This document shows, one piece after another, positions 1-9,495 of a stretch of DNA of 60,525 bases. The DNA comes from a virus. Taxonomy: Duplodnaviria > Caudoviricetes. The number at the start of each line of letters is the position of its first letter. The stretch's first letter is position 1. The notes below the pieces were generated by a model, which ran no database searches, was not told the DNA's origin, and saw only the letters and a list, made by a program, of their open reading frames with translations. Made by a program: the position numbers and the translations under genes. Where the stretch lies: the IMG/VR virus record IMGVR_UViG_3300045739_000092, positions 1-60,525 of that record. One strand, given 5' to 3'.

Positions 1-1086
1 ACCGACCTCTCCCCTACCATCAAGCACCTGTACGGCACCGGGTTCCGGAATAAGAACATCGGTTTCCGTTGCGGGCAGGACGGCCGCATGGTCCGCACCG
101 AGGACGGCGGGGTCTCCTTCGTTATACAGACCTCCAGCACCGGGGTTGATCTCTACGATGTCAGCCATCCCGCGGCGTCGTTCGCCTATTCCTGTGGACA
201 TGGTGGAGTCATCGTCGCTACTTCAGATGATGGCGACACATGGAACACTCAGACCTCCGGCACTGCCCAGAATCTGCGGGGCATCCACTTCCCCCACGAC
301 GAGGAAGTCGGTTACGTCGTCGGTGATGCGGGCACCATCCTCAAAACGACGGACCTCGGCGTCACATGGAATGCCCAGACCTCTGGCACCGCCGAGCACC
401 TGCGAGGGGTTTACTTCCTCGACAACGAGCAGGACGGTTGGGCCGTCGGGAACGCGGGCACCATTCTCGCCACCGAAGACGGAGGCACTACCTGGGTCGC
501 CCAGACTTCAGGTACCGCCAACGATCTCTACGATGTCGAGTTCAAGGACGGGAACACGGGATGGGCTGTAGGTGAAGCGGGAACCATTCTCAAAACGACC
601 GATGGAGGAACGACCTGGGCGGCTCAGACCTCTGGAGTAGCTGTGATCCTTCAGTCGGTCTCGGTTCGTTCCTCTACGAAGGTCTGGGCCTGCGGCATGG
701 CCGACACCATCCTCGTCACCACTGACGGCGGGACCACCTGGAACACCCAGACCTCCCCGCTCTCCGGCAAGGACCTGTACGCCATCTCGTTCCACTACGA
801 CGACAACCAGGGCATCACCTGCGGAGAGTCCGGCGCTGTTCTCCGCACCGTCGACGCCGGTGTTACCTGGACCCAGCCCAGTCCCGGGACCAAGGTGGCG
901 CTGTCCGCCTTTTCCCACCCCGACAACGCCATGTACGTCTTCGGTCCCCACAACGGTCTCCACAAGGACTTCATCCAGCCTGACTACCACGTCTACATCG
1001 ATGGCCTTACCGGCGACCCCGATGTCCGTGACGCGGTGACGATGGTTCTACTAGACAGGTTCGACCAGCATCCTTCGGAGCCGTAA
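1..1086 (+). CDS. 5'-truncated allele A of the SPOUT-like/YCF48 beta-propeller protein (full gene at 59184-60524)
   Basis: TxDGGxTW repeats; 19 aa differences from the copy at the window end. Confidence 0.85.
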   Translation, partial: TDLSPTIKHLYGTGFRNKNIGFRCGQDGRMVRTEDGGVSFVIQTSSTGVDLYDVSHPAASFAYSCGHGGVIVATSDDGDTWNTQTSGTAQNLRGIHFPHDEEVGYVVGDAGTILKTTDLGVTWNAQTSGTAEHLRGVYFLDNEQDGWAVGNAGTILATEDGGTTWVAQTSGTANDLYDVEFKDGNTGWAVGEAGTILKTTDGGTTWAAQTSGVAVILQSVSVRSSTKVWACGMADTILVTTDGGTTWNTQTSPLSGKDLYAISFHYDDNQGITCGESGAVLRTVDAGVTWTQPSPGTKVALSAFSHPDNAMYVFGPHNGLHKDFIQPDYHVYIDGLTGDPDVRDAVTMVLLDRFDQHPSEP

Positions 1087-1087
1087 T
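1..1087. repeat. Imperfect terminal direct repeat, copy A (matches 59439-60525)
   Basis: Colinear with the last 1087 bp, no indels seen; first 110 bp identical, then many mostly third-position substitutions. Confidence 0.95.
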
Positions 1088-2675
1088 GGCCGCTGTAACC
1101 GTTGCCTTCATCGGTACGAAGGCGGTCCAGGCCGAGTCCACCACCGGTTGGAACGCGGGCAACCTCGACACCGACATCTTCGTTGAGGGGAACTCCTCCG
1201 TTGGGGCCAAGACCTCCAACACGACGGCGGACTTCTACGACCTCTCCATCACCGGCAGCCCCTATGACTTCTCCTCGGGGGGAGCCGACGAGGGCAAGCA
1301 CATCTTCGCCTGGTTCAACACCCTGACGCCGGTGTCTCTCCACGGCATCATCGCCGTGGACGACCTCGCCACGGACTCCCTCGGCTACTGGGCCGTGGGA
1401 CCCCCTACCGGATACGGCGGTGGGTGGATCAACTACGTCATCGACCCGGCCAACAACGCGCTGTTCACGGTCATCACCGCGGGGACCGGATCGTGGACCG
1501 GCAGCGGTAACCCGGCGCAACTCTCCGGGGTGGACGGGTTCGGGGGTCGTCACACCACCTCCACGTCCATCATGGGTAACTTCAACAACGCCCTGGTTGA
1601 TGCAGTTTCCGTCGGTACCGGTTACCGGATCTATGGAGGAGATGGGGTCGACCCAGATGCCGTGTTCGCTGACCTCATCTCCTACGAGCAGATAACCGCC
1701 AATCGCTTCGGTGGGCTACGAGCTCCTGGTGGCGGGGTCCTCCTCATGATGAGCAAGATCCTTCTCGGTAACGGAGCAGCGGCCACTGACTTCACCGATT
1801 CGGGCTTCACCGTTGTCTGGCTAGATGCTCCTGTCGCCACCACTTTCTACGAGTTCGCCGTTGATCCCGGAGCCTCTGGAACGATCAACCTCTCCCTCTC
1901 GAACGGACTCCTCGCGGATGAGGCCGGCGGATTCCTCACCTGCGACTTCCGCAACTTGACCCAGTGCATTCTCAACACCGTCAACATCGACGGGGCGAAG
2001 GCCGTCTACCTCCAAACAGACATGACCATCACCAACGGGGTGTGGACCGGACTGGCTGAACCCGTCTACGTCGCTTCTGAGCAGCCATCCATAGACGGGT
2101 TGGCTCTTGTGAACCCTGTCGGTATCGGAATGCAGATCCAGTCGGCAGGAGCGATGACGAACATCTCTGGATTGCGTGTCAATGGCGCCGGTACATACAG
2201 CCTCGAAGTTGACATCGCCGGGGCCGGCCCCTTCGACATCTACCTCGATTCGTTCATCAGTCAGACTCCGGGGACCAACCACATCGTCATCCGTGCCAAC
2301 AACAATGCCGACTACACCTTCTACCTGACCGGATCGGGTACAGGGTTGAGCGTTGGGGATATCACCAACGAGGGAACCGGTACGGTCACGGTGGTAGCGT
2401 CCCGCACCCTATCCCTCATCAATCTCCCCGAGGGGTCTGAAGTGACCTTCGTCCGTGATGCCGACCTTGTCGAGCTCCACCACATCGAGAGTGTCGATGT
2501 GACTGGGATCGCTTCGTACACCTACTCGGCTGGAGACGCTGGGACCGTCATCTACATCAACGTTCTCCCCCCCGTGGATGCACAGGAGAACGACTACATC
2601 GAAGTTACGCTTGCCGCGACAGATCAGACCCTCATCTGGTCAGGACTTACCGAAAGGGTCTATTCCAATCCATGA
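1086..2675 (+). CDS. Putative virion structural/fibre protein, beta-rich, C-terminal ERVYSNP
   Basis: 529 aa Gly/Thr/Asn-rich ORF, TAATG-coupled to upstream gene. Confidence 0.65.
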   Translation: MAAVTVAFIGTKAVQAESTTGWNAGNLDTDIFVEGNSSVGAKTSNTTADFYDLSITGSPYDFSSGGADEGKHIFAWFNTLTPVSLHGIIAVDDLATDSLGYWAVGPPTGYGGGWINYVIDPANNALFTVITAGTGSWTGSGNPAQLSGVDGFGGRHTTSTSIMGNFNNALVDAVSVGTGYRIYGGDGVDPDAVFADLISYEQITANRFGGLRAPGGGVLLMMSKILLGNGAAATDFTDSGFTVVWLDAPVATTFYEFAVDPGASGTINLSLSNGLLADEAGGFLTCDFRNLTQCILNTVNIDGAKAVYLQTDMTITNGVWTGLAEPVYVASEQPSIDGLALVNPVGIGMQIQSAGAMTNISGLRVNGAGTYSLEVDIAGAGPFDIYLDSFISQTPGTNHIVIRANNNADYTFYLTGSGTGLSVGDITNEGTGTVTVVASRTLSLINLPEGSEVTFVRDADLVELHHIESVDVTGIASYTYSAGDAGTVIYINVLPPVDAQENDYIEVTLAATDQTLIWSGLTERVYSNP

Positions 2676-2708
2676 TGAACCCTCGCGGCCCATTACCATC
2701 GGAGAGCT

Positions 2709-4319
2709 ATGGCGAAGATCGTTGACCCAGACCAGTTGAACCAGGGCGTCGAGGTTGTCTTCAGCACCGGCGCTAAGACCTGGCAGTTGCTCGTAGCTGG
2801 CAATCTCGATGATGGTTCACCGGGAGCCATCTCGGGTGTTTCTCTCCAGGCCGGCTATTCCCACATGAAGGAAGAGTGGCGTATCGACGCCAGCCTGAAT
2901 AAGTTCAAGTTCCCCTTGAAGATGTTCGGTAAGACCGAAGGACTCTTCCAGAACGGTTGGGCGCCAGCAGACGCGCAGACTCGAGATCTGATAAGAGACG
3001 CCGGCTGGCAGGAGATAGATGGCTCGCAGCGAGCTGGCATCATCTCTCTTGGCGACTTCGACGCTGACACTGATCCTGGTTACTACCTCCAAGATCCAGG
3101 GACCACCACCCCGTTCGATGGCACTACCGCTTCCTTCGACAAGACGGGGGAGATCAACGAGGCCGTCGTAGTCCACGACGGCGGAGCTGGTGACTACACC
3201 GGGTTCCTCAAGCTCTTCAACAGGGTCCAGGGCAAGATCTACTCCGAGTACGAGATCGTTCGGGAGCAGAACCTCTCTGCTCTCGAGCCGATCGTCTTCA
3301 GGGCGCCGCTTACCTCTACCCCCAACCCGAACGTTGTCGCTTCCGACGTCACCATCGACGGCAACGCCCCCTACACGGGAATGTCGATCAGCTTCCTCAA
3401 AGGAAGTGGGTTCACCACCTGGGCCAACTCGACGGTCTACGCGGCCGGAGCAGTAGTCCAAGCCCTCACCGGTCGCTGGTTCTTCACCCCTGCCGGGGGG
3501 ACATCTTCGGGAACGGACGTTGGCGACGATGTCGGAGTGACCGACTGGGAGGCCTATGTCGGTGAGCGCCAGGTAGGTGCCAACTGGTACGCCTTCAATG
3601 TCATCATCGAAGGGAACAGCGGCACAGCCCAAGAGATCCACGAATACGAGCAGCGCCAGCTCCGCCAGACAGGCAACATCAACAACAACCTGTTGGGGAG
3701 TCCGAACCAGAACGCCTACGGTACTGTCAACGGGAACATCTGCAAGCAGTTGACACGGTTCGTGGGAGACAACCTCCATACGGGAGGAGCGGCCGGTTAC
3801 CCCGGCGGAGTCTTCATCGACAACATCTCAGCGGGAGATGTCAACAACATCACCTACTACGACATCACCGTCGATTCTGGTGGTCTGAACACATGGGATG
3901 AAGCTCCGGTCGTTTCTACCGCTCGGATCACTCCGTTCGTCTCCACGTACGACTTCAACTTCCTCCAGGCCGCGATAGACGATGTCAACGGGGAGTACAC
4001 GGTCTACTTCCTCAACAATGACACCGGTGACAACGATGGTTCCGACTTCGACACGGCGAACGCCATCATCGTCAACGACAACGGCGGTTCGCCACTTCAG
4101 GGCTTGTCCATCACGGCTCTCAAGCACAGCCACGACTTCGACTACGACGGGAACGTTCAGCGAGGAGCCGGGTCTGCAGGAACCGATGCCCCCATCGTCA
4201 TCCAGGTTGTCGGAGAGGACCAGATCGAGATTCTCGATGTTGAGTTCCTCATCACACGTAACGCAGGGCTGCAGTTCAACGTGAACACCCTCGCCGAGCG
4301 GGTCTACGCTAACCCGTAA
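2709..4319 (+). CDS. Putative virion structural protein, C-terminal ERVYANP
   Basis: 536 aa, GGAGAG RBS, WxxxTVYAAGAVV carbohydrate-binding-like motif, same C-terminal motif as previous gene. Confidence 0.65.
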   Translation: MAKIVDPDQLNQGVEVVFSTGAKTWQLLVAGNLDDGSPGAISGVSLQAGYSHMKEEWRIDASLNKFKFPLKMFGKTEGLFQNGWAPADAQTRDLIRDAGWQEIDGSQRAGIISLGDFDADTDPGYYLQDPGTTTPFDGTTASFDKTGEINEAVVVHDGGAGDYTGFLKLFNRVQGKIYSEYEIVREQNLSALEPIVFRAPLTSTPNPNVVASDVTIDGNAPYTGMSISFLKGSGFTTWANSTVYAAGAVVQALTGRWFFTPAGGTSSGTDVGDDVGVTDWEAYVGERQVGANWYAFNVIIEGNSGTAQEIHEYEQRQLRQTGNINNNLLGSPNQNAYGTVNGNICKQLTRFVGDNLHTGGAAGYPGGVFIDNISAGDVNNITYYDITVDSGGLNTWDEAPVVSTARITPFVSTYDFNFLQAAIDDVNGEYTVYFLNNDTGDNDGSDFDTANAIIVNDNGGSPLQGLSITALKHSHDFDYDGNVQRGAGSAGTDAPIVIQVVGEDQIEILDVEFLITRNAGLQFNVNTLAERVYANP

Positions 4320-4321
4320 GA

Positions 4322-4855
4322 GTGAGCGACTTCTCCCTAGAGACCTTCTTCACGCAGGTCGATGAAGCGGCGGGCATCAGTGAACTTCAGAATCTTTGGG
4401 GCTCGCTGGTGAGTCAAGAGGCTATCCCGCGACGATTGCGCGAACGGGGAGCTCTCAAGATTCGCAAGAGAGTCCGCTATCTCTGTTTCCGTATCGCCAA
4501 CGAGATGCAGGCCAAGACCAACATCGAAAGAGCCGTCGAGGCCGGCAAGATGACGAAGAAACAGGCCGCGGCCAGGTTGATCTCCACTCGAGCCCCCAAG
4601 ATGAAAGGGTTTCGACATCACTACGAATCTCTTCCCCAGTTCGAGGGATGGGACCAGTTCGCTAAGACCTGGGATATCAACTTGGATCAGGTTGATGCTC
4701 TCGATTTCTCGACTGTAGATCCGTTCGCTCTTCGCTACCGACTTCGTTCCGTCTACGACGAATGGGACGACGAGGTTCGCCGCGCATCCAGTCAGTCATT
4801 AGGTGCCCTCGTTATCAAGCACAAGCAGGAAGGGGATAGAGCCGCTGAGGGATAG
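4322..4855 (+). CDS. Hypothetical protein
   Basis: 177 aa ORF filling the operon gap. Confidence 0.6.
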   Translation: MSDFSLETFFTQVDEAAGISELQNLWGSLVSQEAIPRRLRERGALKIRKRVRYLCFRIANEMQAKTNIERAVEAGKMTKKQAAARLISTRAPKMKGFRHHYESLPQFEGWDQFAKTWDINLDQVDALDFSTVDPFALRYRLRSVYDEWDDEVRRASSQSLGALVIKHKQEGDRAAEG

Positions 4856-4882
4856 AGGGCGACCGTAAAGTAGGGGGCAGAA

Positions 4883-5443
4883 ATGTCCAGTGTCACCTTC
4901 GACCCCACATTGAAGCTCATCATCCCAGATGGCCCTATCGTCGGCGGGATCATCCAGGTTGACTTCCGCACAGAGGTCTACCTCGCGGGCAAGGCTGATT
5001 GGCGTACCGATCCCACACTGAATGAACGCAAGTTCCCTATCAGGGTAGAGATCGCTTCGACTGCCATCGCTACTGCCACCTTCGTTCTTGAGGAGGGATG
5101 GCAGATGCGTCACTTCGAGGGGGACTACACCCTCCAGGTCACCGGCATCGTTCGTACCGATGACAACAGGGCCATCATCCTTCCCTCGGTAGGAACGTTC
5201 TCCAACTCGGTCGAGTGGTTTGTCCCCGACCATGTAGTTACCGATCTCACCCTGCAGGGCAATGTCCAGGATCTCCACTGGGCCACCATGAACAGGAAGT
5301 TCACCGACCCCGTTACCGGCAAGTACAAGGTCTACGACCCCAATGATGCTCTATGGAAGCAGGCGGACGCCTGGGCCGATGACGGAACCACCCCATACGA
5401 TGGAGGGGATCTGGAGAGGGTCGATCGTCTGGTTGATCCCTGA
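4883..5443 (+). CDS. Putative structural protein, N-terminus paralogous to 2709-4319
   Basis: YLAGKADWRTDPTLNERKFP aligns with YSHMKEEWRIDASLNKFKFP. Confidence 0.6.
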   Translation: MSSVTFDPTLKLIIPDGPIVGGIIQVDFRTEVYLAGKADWRTDPTLNERKFPIRVEIASTAIATATFVLEEGWQMRHFEGDYTLQVTGIVRTDDNRAIILPSVGTFSNSVEWFVPDHVVTDLTLQGNVQDLHWATMNRKFTDPVTGKYKVYDPNDALWKQADAWADDGTTPYDGGDLERVDRLVDP

Positions 5444-6108
5444 TGGTCTGGCTACCGGCCGGAGGTCTCGGAACTAGACGGCCGTATGTCACCGGGGGCG
5501 TCGGAGCAGAGGTTCTCGTTGGGGCGTTCGTCGGCGTTGGCTCAGCCGCGTCATCCGGCGCTGGTTCCCTCACTGTCACCGAACAGATCATCTCTCTCGT
5601 TGGAGTCGGGTCCAACTCTTCAAGCGGTGAAGCTACTCCGACTATCAAGGTTCTTCTGGGGGGTGTTGGGTCCTCGTCCTCCATCGGAGGAGGGGCAGTT
5701 GACGTCATCGTCATCCTCCCCTCGGTTGGAGCATCTGCCGGCTCCGGTGCTGGCACCCTCACGGCTCAGTTGGCTCTCTCCGGTGTTGGGGCTGCCGCCA
5801 CGATCGGGCAAGGCTTCTTCGGGCCGAAGGTTCTCATCTCTGGAATCGGGTCCAGTTCCGGCTTCGGGGTGGGCGATTTCGAGTACTGGTTCTACCGGGT
5901 CATCAACCGCCAGCGTCGTACCGATCCTGCGCCCAACAACCGCTCTACCACTAGACCTCCAGCTCGCACCCCCTCCGGTGAGCTGGAACGTACCGCTACG
6001 GCTCCTGGTTGGGATAGGTCTCCGAAGCACCAGAGGCAGCTAGTTACAATCGGCGGGCCTGAGTTCAGCCCGCGAGAGGAAGACGAGGACGAAGAAGGAT
6101 GGCACTAG
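5443..6108 (+). CDS. Gly/Ser-repeat fibre-like protein, short paralogue of 53739-58442 C-terminus
   Basis: ~20 aa LxGxGxxSxxGxGxLT repeats and similar C-terminal segment. Confidence 0.6.
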   Translation: MVWLPAGGLGTRRPYVTGGVGAEVLVGAFVGVGSAASSGAGSLTVTEQIISLVGVGSNSSSGEATPTIKVLLGGVGSSSSIGGGAVDVIVILPSVGASAGSGAGTLTAQLALSGVGAAATIGQGFFGPKVLISGIGSSSGFGVGDFEYWFYRVINRQRRTDPAPNNRSTTRPPARTPSGELERTATAPGWDRSPKHQRQLVTIGGPEFSPREEDEDEEGWH

Positions 6109-6467
6109 CCGCTGAGATCATCTCATTGATCCGAGACGAGATCGGAACGGACCTCGACGTCACTGACAACGATCCCCCTCCGGCCAACGGGATCCAGGAC
6201 AGTCTCGAGAACATCTACACCGACCCTGACCGCGGCAACTCATCCATCTTCCTCACCGCTCTCATCGTGTGGCGTCGACGTCTTGCCAACCATCAGTCCA
6301 GGGCTTTCGACTTCTCCAAAGAGGGGAACTGGTTCGCCCGTAACCAGAAGTCCAAGTTCCTCAAAGGGATGGTGGACAAGTACGAACGCCTAGCGGGCCT
6401 GAGCGGCTCCGGTGCTCCCCACCGCAACGGGCAGATGACCTCTGCGGCTATGCGCGAGGCACCATAG
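6099..6467 (+). CDS. Putative head-tail adaptor
   Basis: Size, position before stopper, IRDEIG N-terminal motif. Confidence 0.55.
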   Translation: MALAAEIISLIRDEIGTDLDVTDNDPPPANGIQDSLENIYTDPDRGNSSIFLTALIVWRRRLANHQSRAFDFSKEGNWFARNQKSKFLKGMVDKYERLAGLSGSGAPHRNGQMTSAAMREAP

Positions 6468-6493
6468 GAGGTATATCTAACTTGATATACCTC
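6468..6493. promoter_or_regulatory. Perfect 10 bp inverted repeat GAGGTATATC-N6-GATATACCTC upstream of JAB gene
   Basis: Read directly; left arm overlaps GGAGG. Confidence 0.5.
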
Positions 6494-6498
6494 GAAGT

Positions 6499-6903
6499 GT
6501 GAAACTGACAGCGGAAGACGTCGAGACCATACGAAGACAGCAGGCCGCGAACCCGGCCGAAGAGGTCTGCGGTTTGGTTATGACCCATGGGCTCATCCCG
6601 CTCATCAATCAGGCTCGTTCCAACTCCCGCTTCGTTGTGGGGTGGCCCCAAGTGGCCGAGGCTCTTCAGGTCAACGACGATGACCCGATCTCGGAGATCC
6701 AGTCCAAGGTCGACAACGTCGTAGGCGTCTACCACACACACCCTTCAGGGGGGATCAAGGCATCTGCGGTAGACAAGGAGTGCATGGTTTCGATCTCCGA
6801 TGACTGGCCGGGCCGTTTCCACTACATCGTCTCCGGTAGTTCCTACTCTGTATGGGTAGTAGACGATGGCAAGGTGAGGATGACCGATGAGCAGCATCAC
6901 TGA
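6499..6903 (+). CDS. JAB/MPN (JAMM) metalloprotease
   Basis: EEVCG plus exact HxH-x7-S-x2-D motif (HTHPSGGIKASAVD). Confidence 0.85.
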   Translation: MKLTAEDVETIRRQQAANPAEEVCGLVMTHGLIPLINQARSNSRFVVGWPQVAEALQVNDDDPISEIQSKVDNVVGVYHTHPSGGIKASAVDKECMVSISDDWPGRFHYIVSGSSYSVWVVDDGKVRMTDEQHH

Positions 6904-7294
6904 CTTCGAGCTCGACTGCATGAGAGAAGATCAGGAAGCGGAGATGGACGATCAATGCATCATCGACTACATCTCCGATCGGGGGGCTCTGAACGAGGCG
7001 ACCTCTGAGTACGACAACCCCACCTGGACGACGGTCTACACCGGCAAGTGTTCTGTGTTTCCCATCGTGGCTCGCCGTGACCGGATGGACTCCCGTGGCG
7101 AACACTTCCTCCTACAACGCCAGTACCGGATTCACCTGCCATGGGATTCGGGGGACATCGCTCCCAAGATGAGATTCCGCGCCACTACCACCCAAGACCC
7201 TCAGCTTCTCAACCGTGACCTCGAAGTCCGTGACGTCTATCTAGTGTCTCAGCCCTCGCAGCGCAGGATCGTCGTACACGACATAGTCGGATGA
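6887..7294 (+). CDS. Head-to-tail stopper (DUF6093-like)
   Basis: MDDQCII...VYTGKC...Y.IHLP motifs typical of actinophage stoppers. Confidence 0.7.
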   Translation: MSSITDFELDCMREDQEAEMDDQCIIDYISDRGALNEATSEYDNPTWTTVYTGKCSVFPIVARRDRMDSRGEHFLLQRQYRIHLPWDSGDIAPKMRFRATTTQDPQLLNRDLEVRDVYLVSQPSQRRIVVHDIVG

Positions 7295-8208
7295 CTGATC
7301 GGTTCCTAGCTCCGCCGGGCAGACCTCCATACATCAGGCCGGCGGACTTCGCCAACATTCCTGTCTCAGTCGAAGGACCACGCTTCCCCAAGAGGTCCCT
7401 CGCTGCGGGGGTTGGCACAGTGGCCCGCCGGCCTGGGTCTTCTCAACGTTACTCACTGAACATCAAGATCCAGGGACTCAACACGCTCATCGAGCACTTC
7501 GACGCCATAGCGGAACTGACCCCTCAGTTGGTGTGGTCTGTCACCAACTATGCCGGAGAGCTCGTCGTCCAGGAGGGGAAGGCTCGAGTCCGTGTCGACA
7601 CTGGGGCTACCCAACGGTCCATCCACCACAATATGTTCACGGATCAAGAAGGGATAGGGATGGAGGCTGGTCCCACCACCTTCTACTCCCCCTTCTTGGA
7701 GTTCGGTACTGTCCGTATGGGTCCCTTCCCCTTCATGTTCCCTGCAGCCGACATCGTGGCTGGCGACGAGACCCATGGTTGGATCAACGCCATGATCCAG
7801 ATCGCCGGTATGGCGGACCAGCTCCAGACTATTCCCCCTCCATACGATGCCGACGACCACACCCGCCAACTCATCACCCGTCTCCGTTCTCGCCTCTACT
7901 CCTACGAGAAGGCTCTTGGCGACATCTCGGTACTGGGTGGTCGTTCCGTTATCTCCCCATTCCGAGGCGGGATCCTCGCCCTGGCTCGAGCCCTCGGCGA
8001 CCTGACATCTGCGATGTCGGGAACCATCAACCAACGGCTTGTGACCCGGCTGCGAGGCCAGATAACTGGTAGGGCTATCGGTGCTGGACACTTCACTATC
8101 GCTGGGTCTCGGGAATACTCGTCGTTCCCGGGTGGTGCCGCTGGGTCAAGGGTCTACCAACGCCTCCTGGGTCGGTACTCTGGAGTCAGCCGAGGTATGA
8201 ACTTCTGA
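7291..8208 (+). CDS. HK97 gp10-like tail component with C-terminal extension
   Basis: VDTGATQRSI and YSPFLEFGTVRMGPFPFMFPA motifs. Confidence 0.8.
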   Translation: MTDRFLAPPGRPPYIRPADFANIPVSVEGPRFPKRSLAAGVGTVARRPGSSQRYSLNIKIQGLNTLIEHFDAIAELTPQLVWSVTNYAGELVVQEGKARVRVDTGATQRSIHHNMFTDQEGIGMEAGPTTFYSPFLEFGTVRMGPFPFMFPAADIVAGDETHGWINAMIQIAGMADQLQTIPPPYDADDHTRQLITRLRSRLYSYEKALGDISVLGGRSVISPFRGGILALARALGDLTSAMSGTINQRLVTRLRGQITGRAIGAGHFTIAGSREYSSFPGGAAGSRVYQRLLGRYSGVSRGMNF

Positions 8209-8645
8209 TGGATCAGACCCCCGTAAACATCAAGCACCATGTTGATGCTGTTGTAGCCAACCTCCGCGCCTCCCTTCCCTCCCCTCTGAAAGATCGTGTT
8301 GGGGTCGCCTATGGGGGTGACCACGAACACCAAACGTTCGTGACACCCTACGTCGTGGTGCACCTACTCGGCGGAGGAAACATGGGCGGCCCCATCACGG
8401 ATCCGCAGGTAGATGTTCAGGTCAGGATTCAGGTCAACTCCATTGGCGATACCGCCGAGCAGGCGATGAACACAGCCGAGTTGGTCAATGCCCTCATGGT
8501 CAAATCGAACATCACTATCACCGGCCGGGCTGTTCTCAAGGTTCCGAAAGAGACGACCTCTGATGGCATCGTCAGAGACGACGACATCTCGCCTCCTCTC
8601 TTCTATGCTTATGACGTCTGGAGACTCTGGACAACGCCGTCGTAA
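8208..8645 (+). CDS. Tail terminator
   Basis: PYVVV motif, size, position before major tail gene. Confidence 0.65.
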   Translation: MDQTPVNIKHHVDAVVANLRASLPSPLKDRVGVAYGGDHEHQTFVTPYVVVHLLGGGNMGGPITDPQVDVQVRIQVNSIGDTAEQAMNTAELVNALMVKSNITITGRAVLKVPKETTSDGIVRDDDISPPLFYAYDVWRLWTTPS

Positions 8646-8656
8646 AGGAAGTTCAC

Positions 8657-8854
8657 GTGGCAGACGAGACAGTCGAGATCTACCACCCGAACATCGAAGG
8701 CTCTGCCATGACGACTTTCGAGTCGCGCTTCAAGATCATGGAGAAGCGGGGCTGGATGAAGGTGGGATCAGAACACCCCACCAATCAGGCACCGGCCGAG
8801 GAAGAGCCACTCCCCGAGAAGGACTTCGGTGAGTGGGAGGAAGACACTCCGTAG
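8657..8854 (+). CDS. Small hypothetical protein
   Basis: AAGGAAG RBS; 65 aa. Confidence 0.6.
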   Translation: MADETVEIYHPNIEGSAMTTFESRFKIMEKRGWMKVGSEHPTNQAPAEEEPLPEKDFGEWEEDTP

Positions 8855-8918
8855 TTCTTCCGCATCTTCTCGGCCCCGCGTATGATTGGGTTCGTTCCTG
8901 ACATAAGGAGAAAGGCTC

Positions 8919-9386
8919 ATGGCTCGAACCATCCCAGATGGAGTCATGCAACTGTTCGTTGTGGATTCCATCGCAAGTCCGTCCGCCCCGACCGTCGCAG
9001 AGATCACGGCCGGGTCGGAAGTCACCGGTGAGCTCATCTCATTGGCGACACCGCTCGATGGCGATGCGGTGGCGTCGAACGACATGAGCTCGGCTTTCAA
9101 CAAGTCCATCGAGGGCACCTACGGAGGCGGCGCCACTGCCGTCTTCTACCGAGACGCCGCGGCTGAGACGGCCTACGGGCTGCTCCCCCGCAGCACCGAA
9201 ACCCATCTGGTGCTGGCTCGGTTCGGTTTCACCGGTGGAACGCCCACGATCGCGGACACCTGCGAGGTCTGGCCCGTTCGGGTCATCACCCGCTCCCCCG
9301 CCGATCTGGTGTCGAACACCCCCCAACAGTTCACCGTCAACTTGGCGACCACCGACGAACCCACACTCGCCGCCACCGTCGCCTAG
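8919..9386 (+). CDS. Major tail (tube) protein
   Basis: IASPSAPTVAEITAG N-terminus typical of actinophage tail tube proteins; AAGGAG RBS. Confidence 0.8.
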   Translation: MARTIPDGVMQLFVVDSIASPSAPTVAEITAGSEVTGELISLATPLDGDAVASNDMSSAFNKSIEGTYGGGATAVFYRDAAAETAYGLLPRSTETHLVLARFGFTGGTPTIADTCEVWPVRVITRSPADLVSNTPQQFTVNLATTDEPTLAATVA

Positions 9387-9412
9387 TAACAGCCGGTCCT
9401 ATGTTGGGAACC

Positions 9413-9485
9413 ATGGGAGCCCAGCGACCTTCCTAGCTTGTTAGCAAAGTGCTCCGCTAACATGAAGGTTGCTGGGCTCACCCAT
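9413..9485 (+). promoter_or_regulatory. Long stem-loop between major tail and chaperone genes
   Basis: GAGCCCAGCGACCTTC pairs with GAAGGTTGCTGGGCTC (one G-U); inner TGTTAGC/GCTAACA. Confidence 0.55.
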
Positions 9486-9495
9486 TGGAGAGAAG

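Noticed and set aside
1-1087. Diversity-generating retroelement TR/VR pair
   Set aside because: Differences are mostly synonymous and involve all bases, not adenine-specific; no reverse transcriptase seen.
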